From positions 1-51,141 of IMG/VR virus record IMGVR_UViG_3300023179_000156: 51,141 bases of DNA; one strand, written 5' to 3'. The notes below the pieces were generated by a model, which saw only the letters and a list, made by a program, of their open reading frames with translations, had not been told where the DNA came from and did not search any database. The first letter of the stretch is position 1, and each line of letters begins with the position of its first letter. Positions 19,465 through 28,925 of the stretch are shown piece by piece. The stretch is from a virus. Lineage: Duplodnaviria > Caudoviricetes. The translations under genes were made by a program, and so were the position numbers.

Positions 19465-20588
19465 TGGCATCGATCAACGCGAACGTCACAAATCAGCAGA
19501 TCACGGCCAGCGTCGGCGAGACGCAGATTGATGTGAGCGTGTCTGGCGGCGTCGGCCCGACGGGCACGCCCGGCCCCGCCGCCACAATCACCGTCGGCAC
19601 CGTGACAACCGGTTCGCCGGGCTCGTCCGCGAGCGTGGTGAACGCTGGCACGACCTCGGCCGCGGTGCTGAACTTCACGATCCCGGCGGGGGCCACGGGC
19701 GCGACGGGCAGCACGGGACCGGCCGGCCCGGCGGGACCGCAAGGCCCGGCCGGCCCGGCCGGGACGACCGCGTGGGCTGACCTCACCGGGAAGCCGTCCA
19801 CGTTCGCGCCGTCTGCTCACACCCATGGCAACATCACGAACGACGGGCGACTGGGAACTACGAGCGGCCTAATCGTGGTCACTGGTCAGGGCGGCGCGAT
19901 CACAAGTGCTGCGACGATCACGGCAGCGGCCGTCTCGGTGTCGGATGAGTTCGAGCAAATATCCAACGACCCAGCCAACGTGTCAGAGGCGTTGATTGGC
20001 ATCGAGGCTGCGTTGGTAAACAAATCCGACAGCGCCCACGTTCACGGCAACATCACGAACGATGGGCAGTTGACGGGCGGGCAATACCAAAACGTCCTAA
20101 TCGTCGGAGAAGATGGATACATCGTCGCCACCGACACAATCGACGCTTCCGTAGTACACATAGACGGACTGTCCGATGTTGTATACACCGGCTCTTACAA
20201 CGACCTCGCCGACACTCCCGCCGCATTCGTGCTGCCAACCGCTTCAGCCACGGTGTCTGGCGGCGTCAAGATTGGCTCTGGCGTCACGATCACGAACGGC
20301 GTGATTTCGGTCGCCACCAACTACGCAGCGACCAGCCACACGCACGGCAACCTGACAAACGACGGGAAGATTGGCTCGACGAGCGGCCAGATTGTCGTGA
20401 CCACGACGGGTGGCGTTCTCACGACGGCCGCGACGATCAGCGCCTCGCAGGTCAGCGGCCTTGCGGCGTCCGCCACGACTGACGCGACGAACGCGAGCAA
20501 CATCAGCACCGGCACGCTCGCCATCGCTCGCCTGCCAGTTCGCGCCCGCGCCGCAATCAACGTCTTCAACTGGTCTTCCTTCCGTTAG
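19464..20588 (+). CDS. Fibre protein with collagen-like Gly-X-Y segment
   Basis: GATGATGSTGPAGPAGPQGPAG; 'W.DL.GKP'; three 'H.HGN(I/L)TNDG' repeats; 'GGVKIGSG'. Confidence 0.75.
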   Translation: MASINANVTNQQITASVGETQIDVSVSGGVGPTGTPGPAATITVGTVTTGSPGSSASVVNAGTTSAAVLNFTIPAGATGATGSTGPAGPAGPQGPAGPAGTTAWADLTGKPSTFAPSAHTHGNITNDGRLGTTSGLIVVTGQGGAITSAATITAAAVSVSDEFEQISNDPANVSEALIGIEAALVNKSDSAHVHGNITNDGQLTGGQYQNVLIVGEDGYIVATDTIDASVVHIDGLSDVVYTGSYNDLADTPAAFVLPTASATVSGGVKIGSGVTITNGVISVATNYAATSHTHGNLTNDGKIGSTSGQIVVTTTGGVLTTAATISASQVSGLAASATTDATNASNISTGTLAIARLPVRARAAINVFNWSSFR

Positions 20589-20597
20589 GAGTTCATC

Positions 20598-20981
20598 ATG
20601 GCCGATTCGCCAGCCTTCGCAGCCACGCCGCGCATCGCGGCCGTCAACATCGCCACCGCGAACACCAACCGCGACGGCACCGGCACGATCGGAACGCTCA
20701 TCACGGGAGCAACAAACGGTACGCAAGTGCGCGAGATCGTGGTCAAGGCCCGCGTTACGACGACGGCAGGCATGGTGCGCGTCTTCCTGTACGACGGCAC
20801 CACCTACTACCTGTACGACGAGATCTCGATGCTCGCCGCGACGCCGTCCGGCACTGTGCAGGCCACTCGAGCCAACGTCACTTACGCCAACCTCATCCTG
20901 CCGTCCTCGTCGTGGAGCGTGCGCGTCAGCACGCACAACGCGGAAAGCGCGGACGTTACGGCCCTCGGAGCCGACCTGTGA
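20598..20981 (+). CDS. Hypothetical fibre-associated protein
   Basis: AGGAG RBS; position in fibre cluster. Confidence 0.6.
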   Translation: MADSPAFAATPRIAAVNIATANTNRDGTGTIGTLITGATNGTQVREIVVKARVTTTAGMVRVFLYDGTTYYLYDEISMLAATPSGTVQATRANVTYANLILPSSSWSVRVSTHNAESADVTALGADL

Positions 20982-21883
20982 ACACGGGCCTTCTACCGCT
21001 GGCTCGCCCTCCGCTCGTCGGCGCGACCGTGCTTGAGTTCCGGCGGCTCTCTGCGCCGCCTGGAGCCCTCAGTATCAGCGGAGGCGTCTGGCAATACACG
21101 CTGCCGGAGGGGTTTGCGTTCGCCATGATTGAGGCCGTCGGGGGCGGCGGTGGTGGCGGGGCCGGCCGCACGGCGCTTGCTGGAAACGATCGCGGCGGTG
21201 GCGGTGGCGGCGGCGGTGCTGCCCGCAGCGTGAACGTGATCTCGTCTGCGATGCTTGTCTCACGCGACCTGTTGGTTAGCGTCGGCAGCGGCGGCGGTGG
21301 TGCTGGTTCGTCGGCGACTGCCGGAACGGCCGGCGGAGAATCAACCGCTCGTTACCTGCGCGAGGCCAACATAGGCGCTGGCGGCGACATCAATCTCTGC
21401 CGCGCCGGCGGTGGTGCAGCCGGTGGCGCTGGCACGACGACCGCCGGCTCTGGCGGCGGTGCTGGCACTGGCACGTTCGGCGGCAGTGCTGGCGGGTTTA
21501 GTTCTTTGACGGCCGCTGCCAGTGCTGGCTCTGACACGACCTCTGGCGCGAGCGGCGGCGGCGGCGGCGGAGCGGTGGACGCGAGCAACAACCAACGCGC
21601 GGGTAGCGCCGGCGGCCGCATCTCTTCGCTGTCGCTATCGGTTGGCGGCGCGGCCGGCACGGTTGGCGGTGGTAACGGCGGCAGTGGCGCGTTGTCCGGC
21701 GCACCCCCGGCGACTATCACCGGCCACGGCGGCGGTGGCGGTGGCGGCAACGCCAGCGGCACAGGCGGCAGCGGAGGCGCTGGAGCGTTCCCCGGCGGCG
21801 GCGGTGGCGGTGGCGGCGGCGGCACCACGTTCGGCCCCGGCGGCACCGGCGGCGATGGAGTAGTACGGATTTATCTGTGGTGA
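20978..21883 (+). CDS. Glycine-rich fibre-tip domain protein
   Basis: Poly-Gly runs; 'GGGGGGG...GG.GVVRI' terminus. Confidence 0.7.
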   Translation: MNTGLLPLARPPLVGATVLEFRRLSAPPGALSISGGVWQYTLPEGFAFAMIEAVGGGGGGGAGRTALAGNDRGGGGGGGGAARSVNVISSAMLVSRDLLVSVGSGGGGAGSSATAGTAGGESTARYLREANIGAGGDINLCRAGGGAAGGAGTTTAGSGGGAGTGTFGGSAGGFSSLTAAASAGSDTTSGASGGGGGGAVDASNNQRAGSAGGRISSLSLSVGGAAGTVGGGNGGSGALSGAPPATITGHGGGGGGGNASGTGGSGGAGAFPGGGGGGGGGGTTFGPGGTGGDGVVRIYLW

Positions 21884-21888
21884 CACTC

Positions 21889-22287
21889 ATGCAACCTCTC
21901 GCAATCCTCGACTCGCAGGGCCGCGTGGTGACGTTCGTGCGGCCCGACGTTCCCGCGTCGTGGTCGCCGCCCGAGGGCTGCACAGCAATTCCGGCCGACC
22001 AACTCCCGCAAGGCTGGGCGATGGCCCCTGACGAGTCGCCCGTTCCCGATACCGTCTCGGCGAGGCAGGCCCGCCTGTGGCTGGTCAGGCACGGCGTCAG
22101 CCTCGCGGCCGTGGACGCGGCCATCGCGTCCATCCCCGACACGCTGGCCCGCGAGTCCTGCCGCGTCGAGTGGGAGTATGGAACCGAGGTTCACCGGGAC
22201 AGCGAATGGCTGGCGACGCTTGGCCCGGCTCTCGGGCTCAATGGCGCGGCACTGGATGCGGCGTTCCGTGAGGCGTCGAGGCTCTGA
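21889..22287 (+). CDS. Putative fibre assembly protein
   Basis: 'VP.TVSARQARL.L...EWEY.TE..R' motif after the Gly-rich gene. Confidence 0.6.
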   Translation: MQPLAILDSQGRVVTFVRPDVPASWSPPEGCTAIPADQLPQGWAMAPDESPVPDTVSARQARLWLVRHGVSLAAVDAAIASIPDTLARESCRVEWEYGTEVHRDSEWLATLGPALGLNGAALDAAFREASRL

Positions 22288-22595
22288 TGTTCGGCTGGCT
22301 GGCACGACGGGCCGACGACCTGTTCGGCCGCAGCGGGGCGTGGGCTCGCGTGCGGCGGGAGCATCTCCAGCGTGAGGCGGCGTGTGCGGCGTGCGGGAGG
22401 TCCGTCGACCTAGAGGTGCATCACATCCATCCGTACCACAAGCGGCCGGAACTGGAGTTGGACGATGGGAACCTGATAACCATGTGCCGCGACTGCCACC
22501 TGTCAGTGGCCCACGCCTACGACTGGAAGTCGCACCGGCCGCAAGTTCGCGACCTCGCCCGCGCGATTCGGTCGGCTACAGTAGTGCGCGGCTAA
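22287..22595 (+). CDS. HNH endonuclease
   Basis: CxxC...'LEVHHI'...'NLITMCRDCH'. Confidence 0.88.
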   Translation: MFGWLARRADDLFGRSGAWARVRREHLQREAACAACGRSVDLEVHHIHPYHKRPELELDDGNLITMCRDCHLSVAHAYDWKSHRPQVRDLARAIRSATVVRG

Positions 22596-23449
22596 CTGAC
22601 TTTTGGGAGGACGTCGGGGGCGCTGGCCCGCACGACGATCCTTGGGTCGAGATACTTGCGTGTGGTCTTGGGGTCGGAGTGATCAAGGATCGCCTGCGCG
22701 GACAGTCCGGCGGCCTCCGCGTATGACGCAGTGGTTTTCCGAATCTTGTGGAACTTGCACGTTCTGTCGGCCGGGAGGCCGGCGCGGCGGATGATGATGC
22801 CCAGGCGAGTCCAGAGATAGGACTTCATGCGCGGGAATGGAAACACCAGATCTTCGGCGGCTCGACCGCAGCGGATCTGATCCAGCGCCTCTTTGGTCTC
22901 TTGGCTGACGGCCCGCAGAATGTCTCGTCGACCGCCCTTGCGGTTCTCTGCGGAATAAAGAATCGTCGCCTCGCGAATGTCCCGCCACATCAGGGTCTTG
23001 ACGGCACCAACCCTTTCGCCAGTGTCGTAGCACACTAGCAAAAACGCGCGCCACCAGAGGGCCGCCGGGATGCCGTCATAGACTGCTGTCTCCATGCCGG
23101 CCGACTGCATAATCAGCCGCATCTCGTCGGACGTCCACGCCTCCGGCACGCGCTCCGGCACTTTGACGAGGCCGATCGTCGGCCACATATCAACCATACG
23201 CCTACGCGCCGCCAGTTCCCACATGGCGCGAAGTTGGCTCCGGTCCTTGGCGGCCGTGGCCGGCTTGCGCTCGCGGACGCGCTTGGCCAGAAACCGGGCT
23301 ACCTTGAGTTCCTCAAGGTCTGCGAGCGTCGGCTCGTGGCCGAGAGACTTGCCGAACTCCGAGATCGTGATTTTGTAGAGCGTCTCGGTGTGTTTGCAGA
23401 TGCCTTTGAGCGGGATGTAGATCTCTTGCAGAAAGTCAGTGAGTTTCAT
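22592..23449 (-). CDS. Tyrosine recombinase / phage integrase
   Basis: R (YDTGER), K (ENRKG), HxxR (FHKIR), LDH and Y (TTRKY) catalytic residues. Confidence 0.9.
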   Translation of the reverse strand: MKLTDFLQEIYIPLKGICKHTETLYKITISEFGKSLGHEPTLADLEELKVARFLAKRVRERKPATAAKDRSQLRAMWELAARRRMVDMWPTIGLVKVPERVPEAWTSDEMRLIMQSAGMETAVYDGIPAALWWRAFLLVCYDTGERVGAVKTLMWRDIREATILYSAENRKGGRRDILRAVSQETKEALDQIRCGRAAEDLVFPFPRMKSYLWTRLGIIIRRAGLPADRTCKFHKIRKTTASYAEAAGLSAQAILDHSDPKTTRKYLDPRIVVRASAPDVLPKVS

Positions 23450-23491
23450 TGGCGGCCTTTGTTGGAAATCAGATATGCCACCTCCGTGCGA

Positions 23492-23695
23492 CTATGCAAG
23501 TCTCCGAAGTCGTTTCGGAGTCACGACGAACACTTTTTGAATCTCAATCAAGGGCCACTCGGCACGGTTGGTCATAGACCAGACGGCACGCGCCTTCGAC
23601 GCTGCGCCTGATGCAGTCTTTGCGAAAACAGCAATCTCATCGGAATCCTCAGCCTTGCCGTCGACCCAGTCGATTATGACGGTCCATCGCCTCAT
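23492..23695 (-). CDS. Small hypothetical protein
   Basis: AAGGAGG RBS before ATG 23695. Confidence 0.55.
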   Translation of the reverse strand: MRRWTVIIDWVDGKAEDSDEIAVFAKTASGAASKARAVWSMTNRAEWPLIEIQKVFVVTPKRLRRLA

Positions 23696-23780
23696 TTCGC
23701 GGCCCTCCTTGGACGTCTTTAGAGTGTTGCCGCCTCCACTCCAATTGTCAAGGACAGCGTCCCCTGCCCAGAATACCATC

Positions 23781-24296
23781 ATGAAAGACGAGGCTATCGG
23801 CGCGTGGGAGGCGGCGGCCCTGATGGGCGTCCACTGGTCGCGCGTCCGGAGAATGGCTGACGCCGGGGCTCTTTCCATCCGCGTGGTGTGCGGCCACGAG
23901 GGGCGGGAGTTTGCCGTTTATTCCAGGGACGAGTGCGAGCAGAACTACCGGGACTACGTCGCCAACCGTCAGGGCGGCCGGCGGCCGCGGACGGCCGTCC
24001 ACGAGCGGCCGGCGGCGATCAAATTGCTGGCCGCCAAGGGCGTGCCAAAGATCCAGTTCGGAGACGCCATCGGCGCCTACGAGGCGGCGAAAATACTAGG
24101 TGTCTACTGGACGCTGGTGCCGCGGCTGGCCAAAGACGGCAAAATCGTCGGCCGGATCCTGCACTCCGGCAGGGCCGGACAGTCCCGGCTGTGGGTGCTG
24201 TCGCGGCAGTCCTGCGAGGCCCGCGCCGCCGAAGCGTCCCGCCTGGAGCAGTCCGGGCGGAAGTTGGGCAGGCCCAGGAGTTTTGTTGACAGGTAG
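23781..24296 (+). CDS. Tandem HTH (excisionase-like) DNA-binding protein
   Basis: Two repeats of 'AIGA(W/Y)EAA...GV.W..V.R.A..G'; divergent from the integrase. Confidence 0.7.
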   Translation: MKDEAIGAWEAAALMGVHWSRVRRMADAGALSIRVVCGHEGREFAVYSRDECEQNYRDYVANRQGGRRPRTAVHERPAAIKLLAAKGVPKIQFGDAIGAYEAAKILGVYWTLVPRLAKDGKIVGRILHSGRAGQSRLWVLSRQSCEARAAEASRLEQSGRKLGRPRSFVDR

Positions 24297-24313
24297 CCAT
24301 ATACCGCTATCCT
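24286..24313 (+). promoter_or_regulatory. Sigma70-type promoter candidate
   Basis: TTGACA-16 nt-TATCCT upstream of the helicase gene. Confidence 0.5.
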
Positions 24314-24334
24314 CCACGAACCACGGAGGGAGCG

Positions 24335-25711
24335 ATGCTCTGGCAACATCAGCGGGACGCGATTGCGTGGGCCGCCGGCAGGCTGTGCGTTCTGCTGCAC
24401 ATGGGGATGGGGACCGGGAAGTCCCGCTGTCTTCTGGAGATCCTCAATGGCGAGGGGCTGAAGAAAGTCCTGATCTGCTGCCCGAAGGCCGTGGTGCCGG
24501 CCTGGGGCAAGCAAGGCGGGCTGTGGCTGCAGGATTACCGGATCCTGTTGCTCACCAAGGGGTCTTCCAAGCAGAAAGAGCAACTCGTGGCGTCGGCCTT
24601 GGCCGACTCCACGCCGCTGATCGTGGTCACCAACTACGAATCGGCCTGGAGGATCCCACTGCTGGAAAAGACCTCGTGGGACGCCATCTGCTACGACGAG
24701 TGCCACAAACTGAAGTCACCTAGCGGCACGACGAGCCGGTGGGCGGCGCGGATGGGGAAAAAGAACCCCGCGGCCAAGCGAATCGGCTTGTCGGGGACGC
24801 TTCTGGCTCACTCGCCACTCGATGCCTTCGGGGTCTACCGGGCCATCGAATCTCCGGAGTGCCAGACATTCGGCCAGTCGTTCACAGCGTTTCGATCGCG
24901 GTACGCTGTCACTCGCCCAGGTTACCCAGGCTGGGTAGTTGGCTACAGAAACACAGATGAGTTTGGCACGAAGATTGCACAAACGACGTTTCATCGTCGT
25001 TCGGAAGACGTTTTGGATCTGCCCGACATCATGCACGAACAGGTGGACGTCGAACTCTCGCCCAAGGAAGCGGCCCTGTACCGCGACCTGGAGAAAGACT
25101 TCTGTGCCACGGTCGAGGGCCGCGAGATCACGCCGGCCAACGTCCTGGTGCATCTGATCCGGCTGCTGGAAGTCTGCGGCGGCAGTATTCATGTCGACGG
25201 CTCCCGGCAGGCCACAAAAATTGATGACACTCCCAGCAAGGCGGCGGCGCTGGCTGATATTCTGGACTGTTTGGACCCATCCGAGCCGCTCGTCGTGTTT
25301 CATCGCTACAAGGCAGACGGCGAGGCCGCCGCCGCGGCGTGCGTCGCCGCCGGCCGGACGGTGAGCGTCCTCAACGGGCAGCGCAACGAGTTGGCCGATT
25401 GGCAGGCCGGGAAGACAACCGTTCTGGTCGCCAATCAAGCCAGCGGTGGCGTCGGCATCGACCTGACTCGCGCCGCATACGGCGTCTTTTACAGCCTGGG
25501 CCACAGTTTGAGCGACTACCTGCAGGCGATTGCGCGGCTGCATCGACCTGGGCAGACAAAGAAAACGCACTTCTACAGTCTGGTGGCCACTGTTGACGGC
25601 AATCAGACAGTCGATGGATCGGTCTACAAGGCGTTGGATAGCAGGCAGGAGGTCATAGATGCAATCATCAGAGGCTACAGTGGCACACACAGGACTGTCG
25701 GGGCTGCTTGA
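24335..25711 (+). CDS. SNF2-family (SF2) helicase
   Basis: 'MGTGKS', 'DECH', 'LSGT', 'GVGIDL', 'QAIARLHRPGQ' motifs. Confidence 0.92.
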   Translation: MLWQHQRDAIAWAAGRLCVLLHMGMGTGKSRCLLEILNGEGLKKVLICCPKAVVPAWGKQGGLWLQDYRILLLTKGSSKQKEQLVASALADSTPLIVVTNYESAWRIPLLEKTSWDAICYDECHKLKSPSGTTSRWAARMGKKNPAAKRIGLSGTLLAHSPLDAFGVYRAIESPECQTFGQSFTAFRSRYAVTRPGYPGWVVGYRNTDEFGTKIAQTTFHRRSEDVLDLPDIMHEQVDVELSPKEAALYRDLEKDFCATVEGREITPANVLVHLIRLLEVCGGSIHVDGSRQATKIDDTPSKAAALADILDCLDPSEPLVVFHRYKADGEAAAAACVAAGRTVSVLNGQRNELADWQAGKTTVLVANQASGGVGIDLTRAAYGVFYSLGHSLSDYLQAIARLHRPGQTKKTHFYSLVATVDGNQTVDGSVYKALDSRQEVIDAIIRGYSGTHRTVGAA

Positions 25712-26108
25712 AGAAATCACGCAACTCGACCGGCAGATTGGCACGGTATCTGCACAACTCGACGAAATGAAGAAGCGTCGCGAGAGTCTGGAGCGGATCG
25801 CGGTGGAAGACATGACAGTTCAACGGCTCGACGGAGTTCGGGTCGCAGGGAGGAGTTGGCGGGTGGAGGAGTCCCTTCATCTGTCGGTGCCGAAGGATCG
25901 GCGCGACGCGGTGCTGGAGGCAGCGCGAGCCGTCGGGATCGAGGATGCGATCACGACGGTGGCGACCACGACGCTCAAGTCGTGGCTCGTCGAGCGAGCA
26001 AAGGAGGCCGGCAGGGAGGCCGGCTCCTCGTTTGCCGCCGGGACGCCGTTCGACGGCCTCGTCGGCGAATACACGGAGATGAAGTTGCGTCATGTCACGG
26101 TTGGCTGA
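25659..26108 (+). CDS. Hypothetical replication-module protein
   Basis: AGGAGG RBS; N-terminal coiled coil. Confidence 0.6.
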   Translation: MQSSEATVAHTGLSGLLEEITQLDRQIGTVSAQLDEMKKRRESLERIAVEDMTVQRLDGVRVAGRSWRVEESLHLSVPKDRRDAVLEAARAVGIEDAITTVATTTLKSWLVERAKEAGREAGSSFAAGTPFDGLVGEYTEMKLRHVTVG

Positions 26109-26145
26109 CGCTGGTTCGATGGTTTAGAGGCTACAGGAGGCCAAA

Positions 26146-26925
26146 ATGGCTACTGCAGAGTTGGCGGTGAAGACGGTCGACTATCCGGCGCTGGCGCCGG
26201 ACTCGCGGCAGATGGCGATCATCGCTGCGAACCTGGAAGGCGAGCAGATGCACGAGACGGATCTCGTGCGGGTCAAGACGCCCCTCGGCGGCGCGACCCA
26301 GTGGACGATCGACGTCGACGGCAATCTCACCACGACCGACGAGATCGTCGGCCTGCTGGTGGGCGTCGGCAAGAAGGGAGTGTTGTGGCCCGAAGAAGAT
26401 CCGAGCGATGCGCGGCCCGTGATCGTGACGAACGATCTGCAGATCGGCTACCGCGTGTCGGATGACATCGGGACTTCGATCCGGCCGGAGTCGCTGGAGA
26501 AGTATCGGATCGGCGACCGGAAGTATGACTGGGTCTCGCTGTCCAACGGGCCGGAGTTCGGCTACGGCAGCGGGCGCGGCGGCACCGGCAAGCGGTGCAA
26601 GGAGGCCCGCGTTCTGGCGATTCTGCGTCAGGGCGAAACGTGGCCGATTCTCGTGACGGTCGGCCCCGGAAGCCTGCGGAACATCATCCCGTTCCTCAAG
26701 CGGCTCCCTGTGTTTCCGCACGAGGCCGTGGTCGGCCTCAAGTTGGTGAAGGCCAAGGGGCGCGGCGGCCAGCCGTACTCCCAGATCGTGCCGCGGCTCG
26801 TCGGCACGATCACGCCCGAGCAGGGCGAGGTCGCCAAGCGCGTGTACGCGGATCCCGTCCGCGCGATGTTCACCGCCCCGCCGATCGCGGCGGCCGTCGA
26901 GGCCGACGATCTCGGCGAGGAGTAG
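26146..26925 (+). CDS. Putative ssDNA-binding/annealing protein
   Basis: AGGAGG RBS; acidic C-terminal tail (EADDLGEE); position in replication module. Confidence 0.5.
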   Translation: MATAELAVKTVDYPALAPDSRQMAIIAANLEGEQMHETDLVRVKTPLGGATQWTIDVDGNLTTTDEIVGLLVGVGKKGVLWPEEDPSDARPVIVTNDLQIGYRVSDDIGTSIRPESLEKYRIGDRKYDWVSLSNGPEFGYGSGRGGTGKRCKEARVLAILRQGETWPILVTVGPGSLRNIIPFLKRLPVFPHEAVVGLKLVKAKGRGGQPYSQIVPRLVGTITPEQGEVAKRVYADPVRAMFTAPPIAAAVEADDLGEE

Positions 26926-27059
26926 TCAAAGCGGCTGGACCGGCGGCCCAAACCCACGGATTCGTGGGCCGGTCGCCCAGCCAGCGGTGGCGTCGTAACG
27001 CTGGAAGTTGTCTGAACTGCAGGGCGCCCTTCTCCCGCCACTGCAGCAGACGGCCATCG

Positions 27060-27100
27060 GCGCCGCCGGGGAGCAAAAGCCCCCGGCGGCGCTTCTTTCT
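27060..27100 (+). terminator. Intrinsic terminator-like hairpin
   Basis: GCGCCGCCGGGG / CCCCGGCGGCGC stem followed by TTCTTTCT. Confidence 0.6.
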
Positions 27101-27115
27101 CGCATGGAGGCAGAT

Positions 27116-28840
27116 ATGGAAGATTTCTTCAAGGCTGCGGCGTCCTATGCCGCGATGGGCTGGCGCTGTCTGCGGATCAACGGGCTGCGGGCGGACGGCA
27201 AGACCTGCACCTGCTTGTACGGGACCGCCTGCGGAACCCCTGGCAAGCATCCGGTGGACTCACGGTGGCAGGCCGTGGCCACTGCGGACGAGGAGACCCT
27301 CGCCGATTGGTTCGACAGCGCGATCAACACCAATATCGGCGTCGCGCTGGGGCGGGAGTCCGGCATCGTCGACATCGAGTGGGATGACGAGACCGGCAAG
27401 CAGACGGCAGAAAAGTTCGGCCTGCACTTGGTCGAGACGCCGACCTACATCTCGCACCGCAGCGAACACCGGATCTTCAAGTTCGATGACCGGCTCCCGG
27501 AGCAGGCCGTCATCAAGATCGGCGGCCTGGAGGTCAGGATCGGCGGCGGCGGCAAGGGGGCGCAGTCGGTGTTTCCGCCGTCCGTCCACGCGTCCGGGGT
27601 CCGGTATCGGTGGAAGTACGGGTTCTCGCCCGACGAGGTCGCCGTCGCCGAGATCCCGCCGGAACTCATGCAGGCCATCGTCAAGGCCACGGGCCGTGAC
27701 GAGGCCGCCAAGCCGCCGGCCAGCGAGATCCTCCACAAGAAGGCGGACTCTGGGTCGAGGCACCTGACGATGGTGCGATACATCGCGTCGAAGTGCGTGC
27801 GGATGCTGGACCCCCACGACCCACGCGAGCAGCAGGAGACGCTGATCGAGTCCAAGGCCATCAACTTGATGCAGTGCGTGCCTCCGCTGCCAGACATCGA
27901 GGTCGAGAACATCTGGCGCGGCCAGATCCGCTGGGCCATCAAGGTACGAGCCGAGGGCGGCGGGCCGGAGTTCCTGAAAAAGCGGCTGGAGGAACGAATC
28001 GAGTCCGGCGGCGTGGATGACCCGGCCGAGGCCGAGGAGCCGGTCGACTGCCCGTTCACACTCAACGGGCTGGAGTACCGGGACGGAGAATGGTTCCCCG
28101 GCCGGTGGCGTCTCAAGGTGGTTCACTCGGATCCGGTGTCGTTCGTGCTTTCGATCCCGGTGTTCTGCAAGGGCGATACCAAGATGGTCGACGTCACGAT
28201 GGACGCCGAGACCTACAGGTCATCGGCCAAGGTTGCCTGTGCCGTGCTGGAGGCCACCCACACGGTCATTTTGGACGCCGTCCCCGAGGAATGGGGCGTG
28301 ATCTGGTGCGGCTCGGCCGCCAAGACCAAGGGGCCGCGGGCCGGCCAGCCGGCGATTCGTGGCCTGAAGGCCAAACTCATGGACGAGGCGGTCCAGGAGG
28401 ACGCCACGGCCGAGAACCTCCGGTATTCCGCCGTGGCCGGCTGGATGCTCGACGCCCTCTGCATGACGCCGGAGCCCGGTGAGGAGGAGGAGGAGGACGG
28501 CGAGCCTGACGCGTCTGGGAGGCCCGCCTGGGTCCGCAGCAAGGAAGGGGTCTGGGAACTGTGGTTTGGCTGGTCCCGCGTCTGGGAGGACGTAGACAGG
28601 CGCCAGAGGCGTCTAGAGGAGGGCGACAAACTCAAGATCAAGAAGATGCTCCTGGCCGCGACAGGCGAGGCGGCGTTCCCTGTGGGCCGCTACGCCGGCG
28701 ACGGCGGCTCGACGCGGCGGTACATCCGGTTCACCGGGAAGCACATCCGGGCGCTGGAGAAGATCGCGGCGGGGGATTCCCTAATTACTACAAGCGAAAC
28801 GCGGGTGAGCAGCGCCGAAAGTGCGCGGAAAAGCGGTTAA
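27116..28840 (+). CDS. Bifunctional primase-polymerase (Prim-Pol) domain protein
   Basis: 'C.C...C..PGKHP', 'NIGVALG..SGIVDIEWD', 'VFPPSVHASG..YRW' motifs. Confidence 0.85.
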   Translation: MEDFFKAAASYAAMGWRCLRINGLRADGKTCTCLYGTACGTPGKHPVDSRWQAVATADEETLADWFDSAINTNIGVALGRESGIVDIEWDDETGKQTAEKFGLHLVETPTYISHRSEHRIFKFDDRLPEQAVIKIGGLEVRIGGGGKGAQSVFPPSVHASGVRYRWKYGFSPDEVAVAEIPPELMQAIVKATGRDEAAKPPASEILHKKADSGSRHLTMVRYIASKCVRMLDPHDPREQQETLIESKAINLMQCVPPLPDIEVENIWRGQIRWAIKVRAEGGGPEFLKKRLEERIESGGVDDPAEAEEPVDCPFTLNGLEYRDGEWFPGRWRLKVVHSDPVSFVLSIPVFCKGDTKMVDVTMDAETYRSSAKVACAVLEATHTVILDAVPEEWGVIWCGSAAKTKGPRAGQPAIRGLKAKLMDEAVQEDATAENLRYSAVAGWMLDALCMTPEPGEEEEEDGEPDASGRPAWVRSKEGVWELWFGWSRVWEDVDRRQRRLEEGDKLKIKKMLLAATGEAAFPVGRYAGDGGSTRRYIRFTGKHIRALEKIAAGDSLITTSETRVSSAESARKSG

Positions 28841-28925
28841 GTGGTTTTTGTCGTCGCAAGTCCATGCTACGCATGGACTTGCGACATACCACAAATCCCA
28901 ATTTCTCAATGCTGGAAAGTGGAAC

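Noticed and set aside
13160-22287. Diversity-generating retroelement or invertible fibre system
   Set aside because: No reverse transcriptase, no template/variable repeat pair and no inverted repeats flanking fibre genes were seen.
23450-23491. attP site next to the integrase
   Set aside because: No recognisable tRNA-end core or arm repeats; cannot be supported without a host sequence.
26926-27060. tRNA gene
   Set aside because: The stems do not form a cloverleaf and there is no T-loop consensus; kept only as a structured-RNA candidate.
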